Below, in pieces: positions 22,725 to 32,710 of a stretch of DNA of 64,000 nucleotides. Below the pieces are notes generated by a model. The model saw nothing but the letters and a program-made list of their open reading frames with translations. It was not told the DNA's origin and ran no database searches. This stretch comes from an uncultured Gammaproteobacteria bacterium (GTDB lineage Bacteria > Pseudomonadota > Gammaproteobacteria > CAWCPV01): assembly GCA_963797555.1 (NCBI GenBank), contig CAWCPV010000003.1, positions 160,001 through 224,000 on the forward strand, written 5' to 3'. The position numbers and the translations under genes are program-made. Each line of letters opens with the position of its first letter. Within the stretch, counting starts at the first letter, position 1.

Positions 22725-25559
22725 ATGCATACGAAGATGCCGAGGCTCGCGGCGATAGCCATCACCGTGGTCATTTCGATGGGAGCCAGGCCAGGCATGG
22801 CTCAGGAGAAGCCCGCCATCGGCGAGATCAGGGCGATCGCCGAGGAGGCATATCTCTATGGCTTCCCGATGATTGTCGGGTACGACGTCCTGTACAAGTA
22901 TTTCATCGACCGCGACTCGGGGCAGTTCAAGGCGCCGATCAATCAGATCCACAACGAGGCGCGCGTATTCACGCCCAAGGACACGGGGATCAGCACACCC
23001 AACAGCGACACGCCCTATTCGATGGCGCTGCTGGACCTGCGCCCCGAGCCCATGGTGCTGTGCATGCCCGAGATCGAGAAGGCGCGCTACTACGACGTGC
23101 AGCTCGTCGATCTCTATACCAACAACTACGGGTACATGGGCAGCCGCACCACCGGCAACGGTGCCGGCTGCTACCTGGTCTCCGGTCCCGACTGGCAAGG
23201 GGAAGCGCCGAAGGGCATCTCCAAGTCCTTCCGCAGCGAGACCCAGTTCAGCCTGGTGATCTACCGTACCCAGCTCTTCGACCCGGCCGACATGGACAAC
23301 GTCAGGAAGGTCCAGGCCGGCTACAAGATCGAGCCCCTGTCGGCCTTCCTGGGCCAGCCCGCGCTCCCCGCCGCGCCGGCCATCGATTGGCCGAAGTTCG
23401 AGCAGTCGGCCTTCACCACCCGCTTCCCCGAGTATCTGGACTTTCTGCTGCAGTTCTGTCCGCCCGTCGGCACCGCCAAGGTGGAGAAGCCGCTGCGGGA
23501 GCGATTCGCCAAGATCGGCATCGGCCCGGGCGAGAAGGCCCCGCACAAGGCGCTGCCGCCCGAGGTGAAGGCGGCGCTCGGGGCGGGGGTGAAGGCGGCG
23601 TTCGCGAGGATCGGGAAGACGGCCGAGAGCGTCGGCACCAACGTCAACGGCTGGCACATCGGCGCCGCCGCGGGGAGCCGCGATTTCTACAAGGGCGACT
23701 GGGCGCTGCGTGCCGCCGCCGCGAAGCTCGGGATCTACGGCAACAGCGAGGCCGAGGCCGTCTATCCCTTCACCCGTCATGATGCGAACGGCATCGTGCT
23801 CGACGGAGCCAAGCACACCTACCAGATGACCTTCCCAGCCGGACAGCTCCCCCCGGTGAACGCCTTCTGGTCGATCACCATGTACGACGGACGCACCCAG
23901 CTTCTCGTCGAGAACCCGATCCACCGCTATCTCATCAACTCGCCCATGCGGCCGGAGCTGAAAAAGAACGCCGACGGCTCGCTCACCGTTTACATCCAGA
24001 AAGACTCGCCCGGCAAGGACAAGGAATCCAACTGGCTGCCGGCGCCGGACGGCCCGATGTTCATCGTCATGCGCCTCTACTGGCCGAAGACGGAGCCGCC
24101 CTCGGTCTACCCGCTCGGCAAGGGGACCTGGAAACCGCCCGCCCTGGTGCCGGTGCGCAACCTCAATGCCCTGGACGTGAAGCGCTTCGGTGACAAGTCG
24201 CTCGAGAACTTCATCCGCACCGATACGCGCTATGGCCACGACGGCCTGTTCCAGGGCCCGCGCGGCTGGGGCTACTGGAACTATCTCGAGTATCCGAGGC
24301 CGATCCAGAACCCCAACCTCTGGCCGGACATGCAGTCGACCTACTTCATCGGCGCCCTAGCGCTGCCGGCCGGGAGCACTCTGACGTTCAACTATACCTA
24401 TCCGCGCGCCCGCTACCTCCAGTTCGCGCTCTACAAAGCCGAGCATGGCACCTTCGTTTCCGTCGGCGAGGCGTTGGAGGGGCCGGACTTCGAGCCGGAC
24501 CCGGGCTCGACCAACCCCTTCCGGGTCGGCGCCGACCGGCTCACCGACAAGCGCAACTTCACGCTCCGCATCGTGGCCCAGAACGCGCCGGCGGACCCGA
24601 AACGCCGCGAGCCAAACACGCTCTACGCGGGGAGCGACGGCGGCGAGCTGATGTTCGTCAACCGCGAGTACCTCTCCGACCAGGGCAGCGACGGCGCCGG
24701 CTGGGGCCCGGCGTCCTCGCCGTCCGAGGGGCCGGGACTGCCGACCTACACGGGCACGCTCGCCGACGGGACGAAGCTCTCGGCGGAGGAAGTGGTCACG
24801 CGGTTCGGCCGGCCCATGCCGGCGCCCAAACCGCCCGTCACCGCCGAGCAGTGGGAAATGATCGTGCACGCGAAGGACAACGATCCCACGCTCGACCCTG
24901 CCACGACGCCCGCGCGCAAGGATCCCAAGTGGGAGAAGTATTGGAACATCAAGTATTCCATCCTCGGCGCGTTCAAGACGCCGGAGGAACGCGCGAAGAT
25001 TCCGTACGCTACAGCCATGGATGGCGGCGGCGATCCGGAGACGCAGTACATGCGCCTCTTTCTCTCGCGCAAGTTCGGCCCCGTGTACGTCATGCACGGC
25101 AAGATGCCGACCTTCCCCAACACCTACGCCGGCACGGGCGGCAAGGGCCTGGAGATCATGCCCGCGGCCCAGACTCAGTACTGGTCATTGGTGAGCTGCG
25201 AGGCCATGCCCTCCGGGCAGATCGTCGATGCGCTCAACGACATGCAGGTGCCGCTCGACAAGGACGGCAACTACACGATCGTGTACACCCGCAAGGAGGA
25301 CCGGCCGAAGAACGCGACCGACGAGAACGGCATCGCCTGGATCGAGTGGTCGCCGCGCGGCGAAGGCATTGACGGTCCTAAGAACCGACCCGACTTCGGC
25401 ATGCTCATCCTCCGCATCATGGCCAACAACCCAACGTGGAAGGAACGCCCCGACAACGTGATCAAGCCCGGCATGGAGGAGGCCGTCATGGGTCCCTATT
25501 ACCCGCGCGGCTACTACACCACCAAGGCGGAATTCGAGGCGGAAGGGCCACAAATGTAG
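22725..25559 (+). CDS. exported DUF1254/DUF1214 protein fused to an extra ~450-aa C-terminal domain
   Basis: AEEAYLYGFP, TPNSDTPYS, PPVNAFWSITMYD, SNWLPAP, MRLYWP; uninterrupted frame continues through a domain paralogous to 35900-36872. Confidence 0.85.
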   Translation: MHTKMPRLAAIAITVVISMGARPGMAQEKPAIGEIRAIAEEAYLYGFPMIVGYDVLYKYFIDRDSGQFKAPINQIHNEARVFTPKDTGISTPNSDTPYSMALLDLRPEPMVLCMPEIEKARYYDVQLVDLYTNNYGYMGSRTTGNGAGCYLVSGPDWQGEAPKGISKSFRSETQFSLVIYRTQLFDPADMDNVRKVQAGYKIEPLSAFLGQPALPAAPAIDWPKFEQSAFTTRFPEYLDFLLQFCPPVGTAKVEKPLRERFAKIGIGPGEKAPHKALPPEVKAALGAGVKAAFARIGKTAESVGTNVNGWHIGAAAGSRDFYKGDWALRAAAAKLGIYGNSEAEAVYPFTRHDANGIVLDGAKHTYQMTFPAGQLPPVNAFWSITMYDGRTQLLVENPIHRYLINSPMRPELKKNADGSLTVYIQKDSPGKDKESNWLPAPDGPMFIVMRLYWPKTEPPSVYPLGKGTWKPPALVPVRNLNALDVKRFGDKSLENFIRTDTRYGHDGLFQGPRGWGYWNYLEYPRPIQNPNLWPDMQSTYFIGALALPAGSTLTFNYTYPRARYLQFALYKAEHGTFVSVGEALEGPDFEPDPGSTNPFRVGADRLTDKRNFTLRIVAQNAPADPKRREPNTLYAGSDGGELMFVNREYLSDQGSDGAGWGPASSPSEGPGLPTYTGTLADGTKLSAEEVVTRFGRPMPAPKPPVTAEQWEMIVHAKDNDPTLDPATTPARKDPKWEKYWNIKYSILGAFKTPEERAKIPYATAMDGGGDPETQYMRLFLSRKFGPVYVMHGKMPTFPNTYAGTGGKGLEIMPAAQTQYWSLVSCEAMPSGQIVDALNDMQVPLDKDGNYTIVYTRKEDRPKNATDENGIAWIEWSPRGEGIDGPKNRPDFGMLILRIMANNPTWKERPDNVIKPGMEEAVMGPYYPRGYYTTKAEFEAEGPQM

Positions 25560-25561
25560 CT

Positions 25562-25631
25562 GTAGGATGCGGTGAGGAACGAACCGCATCGGTCGCGAAA
25601 GATGCGGTTCGCTGCGCTCACCACCTCCTAC
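25562..25631. repeat. GTAG-type REP doublet (REPIN-like)
   Basis: GTAGGATGCGGTGAGGAACGAACCGCATC and inverted partner GATGCGGTTCGCTGCGCTCACCACCTCCTAC, 10 bp apart. Confidence 0.75.
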
Positions 25632-25737
25632 CGCTCTACACAACAAAGGCGGAGCCCGGGGCGATCGGCCGGATCCCGAGGGCGCACCAGCCGTTCAACG
25701 CCAACAACTTTCTTGCGAGCACGAGAGGAGTAAGGAC

Positions 25738-27363
25738 ATGAAAAAATCCACAGTCATTACGGCGGTGGCGGGGGCGGTGGTCTTCATCGCACTGATCGTT
25801 GCGTATCGCCTGCTCGGGCCGCTCATCGGGGCCAAGGTCGAGGAGCAGGTTGCCAAGATCGGCCTGACGCCGAACCAGGTTGCCGCACACGGCCCGCTAC
25901 CGGGTGATGTGAGCCTCTACGCGAAGGAGCTGGCCTGCCAGCGGAAGATCCCGACGCCAGGCTACTACTCCTCGATCAACGGCGCCGAGCTCGCTGACGG
26001 GGAACGCAGTGGCGTCTATCCGTGTGCAACCTTCACGGGCTCGTTCGACGGCCCCAATCAAGTCTATGCCTGGCGCAGCCAGGACGACTTTCATGGGACA
26101 TCGTTCATCAACAACCGCGCGCCTGGGGAGCTTTACCTAACGGGGGGCGATCTGCCCCCGATCAGCGGCCCCGTCCCGCCCGGGCCCTACGTCGCCAAGG
26201 CCGACGCGACAAGCGGCAAGGAGATCTGGCGCACGTATCTCGACAATGCCAACGCTTCCGGCCATTGGATCGCCGTGCTGAACCTCAACATCCTTCCCAA
26301 CGGCAACGTCGTCGTCGCCTGGGCCAACCGGGTCGCGCTGCTGAACGGCGATACAGGAGTGATCCTGGCGGCCAATACCCTGCCGACGGGTGATGCGCCC
26401 ATCGCGAACACGAGCTTCAAGCACGTGACCGTTGCGCCAGACGGCACGATCTTCCTGAAAGATCAGACGCGGCCCATCGGTGAGACCGGACAGGGAAGCT
26501 TCGCGATGATCAGGGGTCTGCAAAATGGATTGAAGCAACCCAGCTCGATCATCGTTGCTGTCGACCCCAATACGCTTCAAGTACTCGACAGTATCGAGAT
26601 GCCGGAGCCGTCGAGCGTGCCGCACAGCATCACGATGTTCGAGGGCAAGATCGCAATCTATCCGGTCGCCCACGTCCACGCATTCCGCTACTTCTGGGAT
26701 CCGACGACCAAGAAGCTGTCACAGGACAAGTCATGGGTCGTCTCCTACCTGCGTCCCGGCCAAAGCGACGGCACCGCGCCGAGCATCATGGGTGACTGGA
26801 TCGTGATCCAGAACAACGGCGCAGGCAGCAAGGTCACGGCATCCAGTGTCGTCGCGATCAACCAGAAGGATCCCACAAGGATCACGACAGTCCTGCCATT
26901 CGGCCCCCTCAAGAAAGGTGAATGGAGCTTCGCGCCGCCCAAGAATGGCAGCGACGCGGAGAATAATATGGTCTATTCGCAAGACATGGGGACCGGCAAG
27001 GTCGCCGGCATCAAGCTGGATCCGGTGACCGGCCAGATGAAGACCGTGTTTGTCGTGAACGACAAGACCACCTGCCTCGTTGCGCTCATCGGACCGAAGG
27101 ACAAGCGCGTGATGCTGACCTCGAACATGCACCATGATCTTCCCCTCGAACCAGACATGCTGGCGCTGGGGACAGGCTCGTATAAGGAGCAGGTCCGGTG
27201 GCGCGATGCCGCGACCGGACGACTCATCGCCGAGTCGGACCTGTTCGAGCCAATGGCAGTCAACTCCCTTGTCACGCCCGGCTTCGGCGGCCGGGTCTAC
27301 TTTCCGACCGTGAAGGGCTTCTACGTGCTGCAGGCGCTGCCGAAGCCCGCAGCAGGCAAGTAG
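25738..27363 (+). CDS. uncharacterised membrane-anchored protein, probable beta-propeller, tandem paralogue 1
   Basis: 541-aa ORF, RBS, N-terminal hydrophobic anchor, DATSGKEIWRT and WRDAATGRLIA blade-like motifs; collinear with the next two genes. Confidence 0.85.
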   Translation: MKKSTVITAVAGAVVFIALIVAYRLLGPLIGAKVEEQVAKIGLTPNQVAAHGPLPGDVSLYAKELACQRKIPTPGYYSSINGAELADGERSGVYPCATFTGSFDGPNQVYAWRSQDDFHGTSFINNRAPGELYLTGGDLPPISGPVPPGPYVAKADATSGKEIWRTYLDNANASGHWIAVLNLNILPNGNVVVAWANRVALLNGDTGVILAANTLPTGDAPIANTSFKHVTVAPDGTIFLKDQTRPIGETGQGSFAMIRGLQNGLKQPSSIIVAVDPNTLQVLDSIEMPEPSSVPHSITMFEGKIAIYPVAHVHAFRYFWDPTTKKLSQDKSWVVSYLRPGQSDGTAPSIMGDWIVIQNNGAGSKVTASSVVAINQKDPTRITTVLPFGPLKKGEWSFAPPKNGSDAENNMVYSQDMGTGKVAGIKLDPVTGQMKTVFVVNDKTTCLVALIGPKDKRVMLTSNMHHDLPLEPDMLALGTGSYKEQVRWRDAATGRLIAESDLFEPMAVNSLVTPGFGGRVYFPTVKGFYVLQALPKPAAGK

Positions 27364-27396
27364 CCGCGCGATCAAGGCAACGCATGGAGGAATGAC

Positions 27397-29031
27397 ATGA
27401 AGAAATCGTCGGTCTTCGCGTGGATAGGGCTTGCTCTCGTCGTCGTGCTGGCGGTCATCGTCTACCGCCTCGGCGGCACCTTGATCGGTGGAAAGGTCGA
27501 GCAGCACGTCGCGAAGATCGGCCTGACGCCGAACCAGGTCGCCGCCCACGGCCCGCTGCCCGGCGAGGTGAGCCTCTACGCGACGGAGCTCGCCTGCCAG
27601 CACAAGATCCCGACGCCGGGCTACTACTCGTCGCTGAACGGCGCGGAAATCTCCGACAGCGAGCGGAGCGGCGTGTTCCCCTGTGCCACGTTCCTCGGCT
27701 CGATGGACGGCCCCAACCAGGTGTACGCCTGGCGGAGCCGCGACGACTACCAGGGCATCTCGTACATCAACAACCGCAAGCCGGGCGAGCTCTACATCGT
27801 CGGCGGCGAGTACCCGACCCTGGACGATCCCGTTCCCGCGGGGCCGTATATCGCCAAGGCGGACGCGACCACCGGCAGGCAGATCTGGCGCACCTACCTC
27901 GACAACGCGAACGCATCGGGCTGGCTGATTGGTAACACCAACCTCAACATCCTCGACAACGGCAACCTCGCGCTCGCCTGGTCGAACCAGATCGTGCTCA
28001 TAGACGGCGACACGGGCCTCATCCTGAAGCACAACACGCTGCCCGGCGGCGAGGCGCCCACCTACACGGTGAACTTCAAGCACCTCACGATCGCGCCCGA
28101 CCGGACCTTGATCCTCAAGGACCAGACGCGTCCGGTCGGCTGCACGGAGCAGGGCACGATCGGCATCATCAAGTGCATCGAAAAGGGCTTGCAGCAGCCG
28201 AACTCGGTACTGGTGGCGGTCAACCCCGATACGCTCGAGGTGCTGGATATGTTCCAACTGCCCGAGCCGGCATCGTCGCCGCACGTCGTTGCGATGTACC
28301 AGGGGCGGATCGCGATCTACGTCGGCATGAACGAGAGCGCCCGACGCTACTTCTGGGATCCGGCGACGAAGAAGCTGTCGGCCGACGAGTCGTGGGTGAT
28401 CTACCCGATGCAGAAGGGCCAGACCACCGCCACCGCGCCGACGATGATGGGCGACTGGGTCGCGTTCCAGCTCAACGGCGCCGGCAGCAGCGTCAAGGCG
28501 TCGAGCATCCTCGTCGCCGACACGCGCGACGCCAAGCGCATGAAGGTGGTGTTCCCCTTCGGCGAGCTCAAGCCCGGCGAGTGGAGCTTCGCGCCGCCGA
28601 AGTGCGGCGGCGATCCGGAGAACCACATGATCTACTCGGCCGACATGGGCGTCGGCAAGGTGGCCGGCATCAGGCTCGACCCGGACAGCGGCGAGCTGAA
28701 GACGATGTTCGTGGTCGACGACGCGACCACCACCTTCCAGCCGCTGATCGGCCCGAAGGACAAGCGCGTGCTGCTGCTGACGAACATGAAGCAGAACGTC
28801 GAGAAGGAACCGAGCAGGCTGGCGCTGTTCACCGGGAACTACAAGGAACAGCTCACCTGGCGCGACGCCGCCACCGGCAAGATCATCGCCGAATCCGACT
28901 TCTTCGAGGCGCTCACCATCAATTCGCTCACCCCGCCGGGCTTCGGCGGCCGGATCTACTTCCCGTCCGCGACAGGCAAGGGCTTCTACGTATTGCAGGT
29001 TCTCCCGAAGCCTGCTGCGGCCGGCAAGTAG
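27397..29031 (+). CDS. uncharacterised membrane-anchored protein, tandem paralogue 2
   Basis: 544-aa ORF, GGAGG RBS, shares GLTPNQVAAHGPLPG..ELACQ.KIPTPGYYSS and PGFGGR.YFP with its neighbours. Confidence 0.85.
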   Translation: MKKSSVFAWIGLALVVVLAVIVYRLGGTLIGGKVEQHVAKIGLTPNQVAAHGPLPGEVSLYATELACQHKIPTPGYYSSLNGAEISDSERSGVFPCATFLGSMDGPNQVYAWRSRDDYQGISYINNRKPGELYIVGGEYPTLDDPVPAGPYIAKADATTGRQIWRTYLDNANASGWLIGNTNLNILDNGNLALAWSNQIVLIDGDTGLILKHNTLPGGEAPTYTVNFKHLTIAPDRTLILKDQTRPVGCTEQGTIGIIKCIEKGLQQPNSVLVAVNPDTLEVLDMFQLPEPASSPHVVAMYQGRIAIYVGMNESARRYFWDPATKKLSADESWVIYPMQKGQTTATAPTMMGDWVAFQLNGAGSSVKASSILVADTRDAKRMKVVFPFGELKPGEWSFAPPKCGGDPENHMIYSADMGVGKVAGIRLDPDSGELKTMFVVDDATTTFQPLIGPKDKRVLLLTNMKQNVEKEPSRLALFTGNYKEQLTWRDAATGKIIAESDFFEALTINSLTPPGFGGRIYFPSATGKGFYVLQVLPKPAAAGK

Positions 29032-29064
29032 TCGCGCGATCCACTGAACCGAACAGGGAGTGAC

Positions 29065-30704
29065 ATGAAGAAATCCTCGATTCTCAAATGGGTAGGGTTG
29101 GCAATCGTCGTCGTGATCGCGATCGTCGTCTACCGCCTGCTGGGCGGGGTCATCGGCGCGAAGGTCGAGCAGCAGGTCGCCAAGGTCGGCCTGACCCCGA
29201 ACCAGGTCGCCGCCCACGGCCCGCTGCCCGGCGAGGTCGGTCTCTACGCGAAGGAGCTCGCCTGCCAGCAGAAGATCCCCACGCCGGGCTACTACTCCTC
29301 GCTCAACGGCGCGGAGATCTCCGACAGCCGAGCGCAGCGGGCTCTTCCCCTGCGCAACCTTCACCGGATCGATGGACGGCCCCAACAAGGTGCTACGCCT
29401 GGCGTAGCGCCGACGACTATCCGGGCATCTCCTACATGAACAACCGCAAGCCGGGCGAGCTCTACATCGTCGGCGGCGAGTATCCGACGCTCGAGGACCC
29501 GAACATGGTCGGGCCGTTCGTCGCCAAGGCCGACGCGACCACCGGCAAGCAGATCTGGCGCACTTACATCGACAACCTGAACGCCTCGGGCCACTGGATC
29601 GGCAACGCCAACCTCAACATCCTCGACAATGGCAACATCGCCTTCGCCTGGTCGAACCAGATCGTGCTCATCGACGGCGACACGGGCCTGATCCTGAAGC
29701 ACAACACCTTGCCTACCGGCGAAGCGCCCGCCGCCGACGTGAACTTCAAGCACCTCACGATCGCGCCGGACCGCACGCTCATCCTCAAGGACCAGACGCG
29801 GCCGACCGGCTGCAACCTGCAGGGCACGATGGCGATCGTCGTGTGCGCCGAAAAGGGCATGCCGCAGCCGAACTCGGTGCTGGTCGCGGTGAATCCCGAC
29901 ACGCTGGAGATCCTCGACCAGCTTGCGTTGCCCGAACCGTCGACCGTCCCGCACGCCATCACCATGTTCGAGGGCAAGATTGCCATCTACATCGGCATGA
30001 ACGAGAGCGCGCGGCGCGCTTTCTGGGACCCGGCGACGAAGAAGCTGTCGATGGACGAAACCTGGGTCCTTCACCCGATGCAGAAAGGCCAGACCAGCGC
30101 CACCGCGCCGAGCATCATCGGCGACTGGGTCGGCTTCCAGCTCAACGGCATCGGCAGCGAGACGATCTCGTCCAGCATCGTGGTCGCGAGCCAGAAGGAC
30201 GCGACGAAGATGAAGATCGTCTTCCCGTTCGGCGAGATCAAGAAGGGCGAATGGAGCTTCGCGCCGCCGAAGGCCGGTGCCGACCCCGAGAACAGCATGA
30301 TCTACTCGGCCGACGCGGGCCTGGGCAAAGTGGCCGGCATCAAGATCGACCAGGCCACCGGGGATCTCAAGGTGATGTTCGTGCTCGACGACGCCAGCAC
30401 CACCTTCCAGCCGCTGATCGGGCCGCCGGACAAGCGCGTGCTGCTGTTGACCAACATGAAGCAGAACGTCGAGAAGGAGCCGGCCAAGGCGGCGCTGTTC
30501 ACCGCCAACTACAAGGAGCAGCTCACCTGGCGCGACGCCGCTACAGGCAAGATCATCGCCCAGTCGGACTTCTTCGAGCCGCTGTCGATCAACGGCCTGA
30601 CGCCGCCGGGCTTCGGCGGCCGGATCTACTTCCCGACCGCGGTCGGCAAGGGCTTCTACGTGCTGCAGGTCCTGCCGAAGCCTTCGGCGGCGCCGGGCAA
30701 GTAG
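29065..30704 (+). CDS. uncharacterised membrane-anchored protein, tandem paralogue 3, frameshifts near 29330 and 29390
   Basis: N-terminus in ORF 29065..29439, remainder in ORF 29088..30704; aligns with paralogue 2. Confidence 0.8.
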
Positions 30705-30727
30705 CCGGGCGAACGATTCGCAGGAAC

Positions 30728-30883
30728 ATGGAAAGGCGCACCACCGAGTCCGACTTCTTCGATCCGATGACCTTCGGCTCGCTGCTCACACCGGGTTACG
30801 GCAACCGTGTGCACTTCTCGACCGGCAAGGGGTTCATCGTGCTGCAGATCAGGCCGAACCCTTCGTCGTTGTCAAGCAAGTAG
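30728..30883 (+). pseudogene. C-terminal relic of a fourth, more divergent paralogue
   Basis: ESDFFDPMTFGSLLTPGYGNRVHFSTGKGFIVLQ matches ESDFFEALTINSLTPPGFGGRIYFPSATGKGFYVLQ. Confidence 0.75.
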
Positions 30884-31080
30884 CGGAACGGCCCCGACTC
30901 AAGGCGAACTCACCACGTGTCACCCATGAGGATCGATCGTGCTCGACTCGCCGGAGGGGCGAGCGACTCGTCAAGAGGCCAACGCGCGCCGGTACACGGG
31001 CGCCTGGCGCCGTGATGCGTCGAGCGCAAAACCGCGCCAAACGTCGGCGAAGTCGGAATGTATGCATACGCGAGCGAGAA

Positions 31081-32025
31081 ATGCTGATCGTGGGTGGGGG
31101 CACTAGATCGGCCTTGGCCTGCGCCCGCCGACTGCTCATCGGATTGGCCTTGGTGCTCGGCTCAGCGAGCGCTGCCGCGCAGGATCTCGAGCCAAGGCAA
31201 TACTCGAACACACCGATCGGCCTCAACTTCCTGCTCGGGGGTTACACCTACACGGAAGGCGGCGTGGCCGTCGATCCGACGGTGCCCCTGACGAACGCTC
31301 ACGTCGAGGTGAACGGCGCGACGCTCGCCTACGCGCGCTCGCTGGACATATTGGGCAAGTCCGCCAAATTCAACGTCGTGCTGCCCTATGCCTGGCTCTC
31401 GGGCAGCGCGGAGTTTGCCGGTCAACCTCACCAACGCGAGATTTCGGGGCTGGCTGACCCGAGATTTCACTTTTCCGTCAATTTCTATGGCGCCCCGGCA
31501 CTTTCGCTGAAAGACTACGCGGAATATCGACAGGACCTCATCCTCGGCGCGAGCGTGTACGTGTGGGCTCCGTGGGGCCAATATGACCCCAGCAAGCTCG
31601 TCAACCTCGGCACCAACCGCTGGGCGTTCAAGTCAGATCTCGGGCTGTCCAAGGCATTAGGCGCATGGAGGCTGGAGCTTGTCCCGGCCGCCACCTTTTT
31701 CTCCGACAACACGAATTTCCTCGATGGCCACACCCGCACGCAGGATCCGATCTACTCGGTGCAGGGCCACGTCATTTACGGCTTCCGATCCGGCGTGTGG
31801 GTCGCGCTCGACGGCACCTATTTTATGGGCGGACGCACGAGCGTCGATGGCGTACTCGATGACGACCGGGAGTCGAATTCGCGGGGTGGCCTGACTGTCG
31901 CCCTGCCGGTAGACCGCAGCAACTCGATCAAGCTTTACGCCAGCACTGGCGTATCGACGCGTACCGGCAGCAACTTCAATACCTTCGGCATCGCCTGGCA
32001 GTACCGTTGGGGCGGCGGGTATTGA
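31081..32025 (+). CDS. outer-membrane beta-barrel transporter (Phenol_MetA_deg-like)
   Basis: Signal peptide, QDLEPRQYSNTPIGLNF, GQYDPSKLVNLGTNRW, C-terminal WQYRWGGGY. Confidence 0.8.
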   Translation: MLIVGGGTRSALACARRLLIGLALVLGSASAAAQDLEPRQYSNTPIGLNFLLGGYTYTEGGVAVDPTVPLTNAHVEVNGATLAYARSLDILGKSAKFNVVLPYAWLSGSAEFAGQPHQREISGLADPRFHFSVNFYGAPALSLKDYAEYRQDLILGASVYVWAPWGQYDPSKLVNLGTNRWAFKSDLGLSKALGAWRLELVPAATFFSDNTNFLDGHTRTQDPIYSVQGHVIYGFRSGVWVALDGTYFMGGRTSVDGVLDDDRESNSRGGLTVALPVDRSNSIKLYASTGVSTRTGSNFNTFGIAWQYRWGGGY

Positions 32026-32067
32026 CTGCGAGACTCCATGAGCAAAATGCGTATACAGAACCGGAGG

Positions 32068-32345
32068 TGGACGCGACGCCTTCCAGCCGCTGATCGGGCC
32101 AAAGGACAAGCGCGTGCTGCTCCTCGCGAACGCCAAAAAGAATGTGCAGAAGGAACCGATCAAGCTCGCCCTCTCCGCCCAACCCCGGCGCGATCAGCGA
32201 CCTGGGTGCCAGAGGTTCGAAGAAGTCCGACTCCGCACTGGTCCGGCCGGTTGCCGCGTCGCATCAGGTCACCTGATCTTCATAGTTAGCGGTGTATACT
32301 TCCCGGCCGGCGAGGGCATCATCGTGCGTCAAGTCGTGCGAAGCC
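32068..32345 (+). pseudogene. degraded relic of a fifth paralogue of the tandem family
   Basis: FQPLIGPKDKRVLLLANAKKNVQKEPIKLAL and VYFPAGEGIIVRQV match paralogue C-termini. Confidence 0.7.
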
Positions 32346-32370
32346 TTCGCCGGAGGTCGCTCATGACACG

Positions 32371-32588
32371 ATGGAGCGCACGATACCGATGACCCTGCAG
32401 TGGGACGGGAACCTCGATTTCGGTGCCGACACCGGGACCCCCGTGGACGACAAGGACGACTATCAAGTGCCCTTCCGCATCACCGGCAAACTCGATGAAG
32501 CTGGCTCTGACTGTCGACCGGCCCAAGCTGGTCCCAGAGGACGAGCGGCGGCTGATGGAGGCGGAGCGAAACGTCAGGACCACGTAGT
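32371..32588 (+). pseudogene. arylsulfatase C-terminal relic
   Basis: MERTIPMTLQWDGNLDFGADTGTPVDDKDDYQVPFRITGKL resembles the C-termini of the two neighbouring sulfatases. Confidence 0.7.
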
Positions 32589-32710
32589 GACTTTTGAGAC
32601 TGACCGATACCCGCGTGGTGGCCGCCACAGGCTATAAAGAACCTCGAGATGGCCCTCAGCAACAACAAGCCCTGCGAGTCGCAGGCCAAGTGAACCGGAA
32701 GGAGAACCCG

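Noticed and set aside
26731-29388. 885-aa minus-strand ORF
   Set aside because: Antisense shadow of the GC-rich + strand paralogues; no motifs or RBS.
25738-30704. Diversity-generating retroelement acting on the tandem paralogues
   Set aside because: Differences are not adenine-specific, no template repeat is visible, and the only RT trace belongs to a group II intron.
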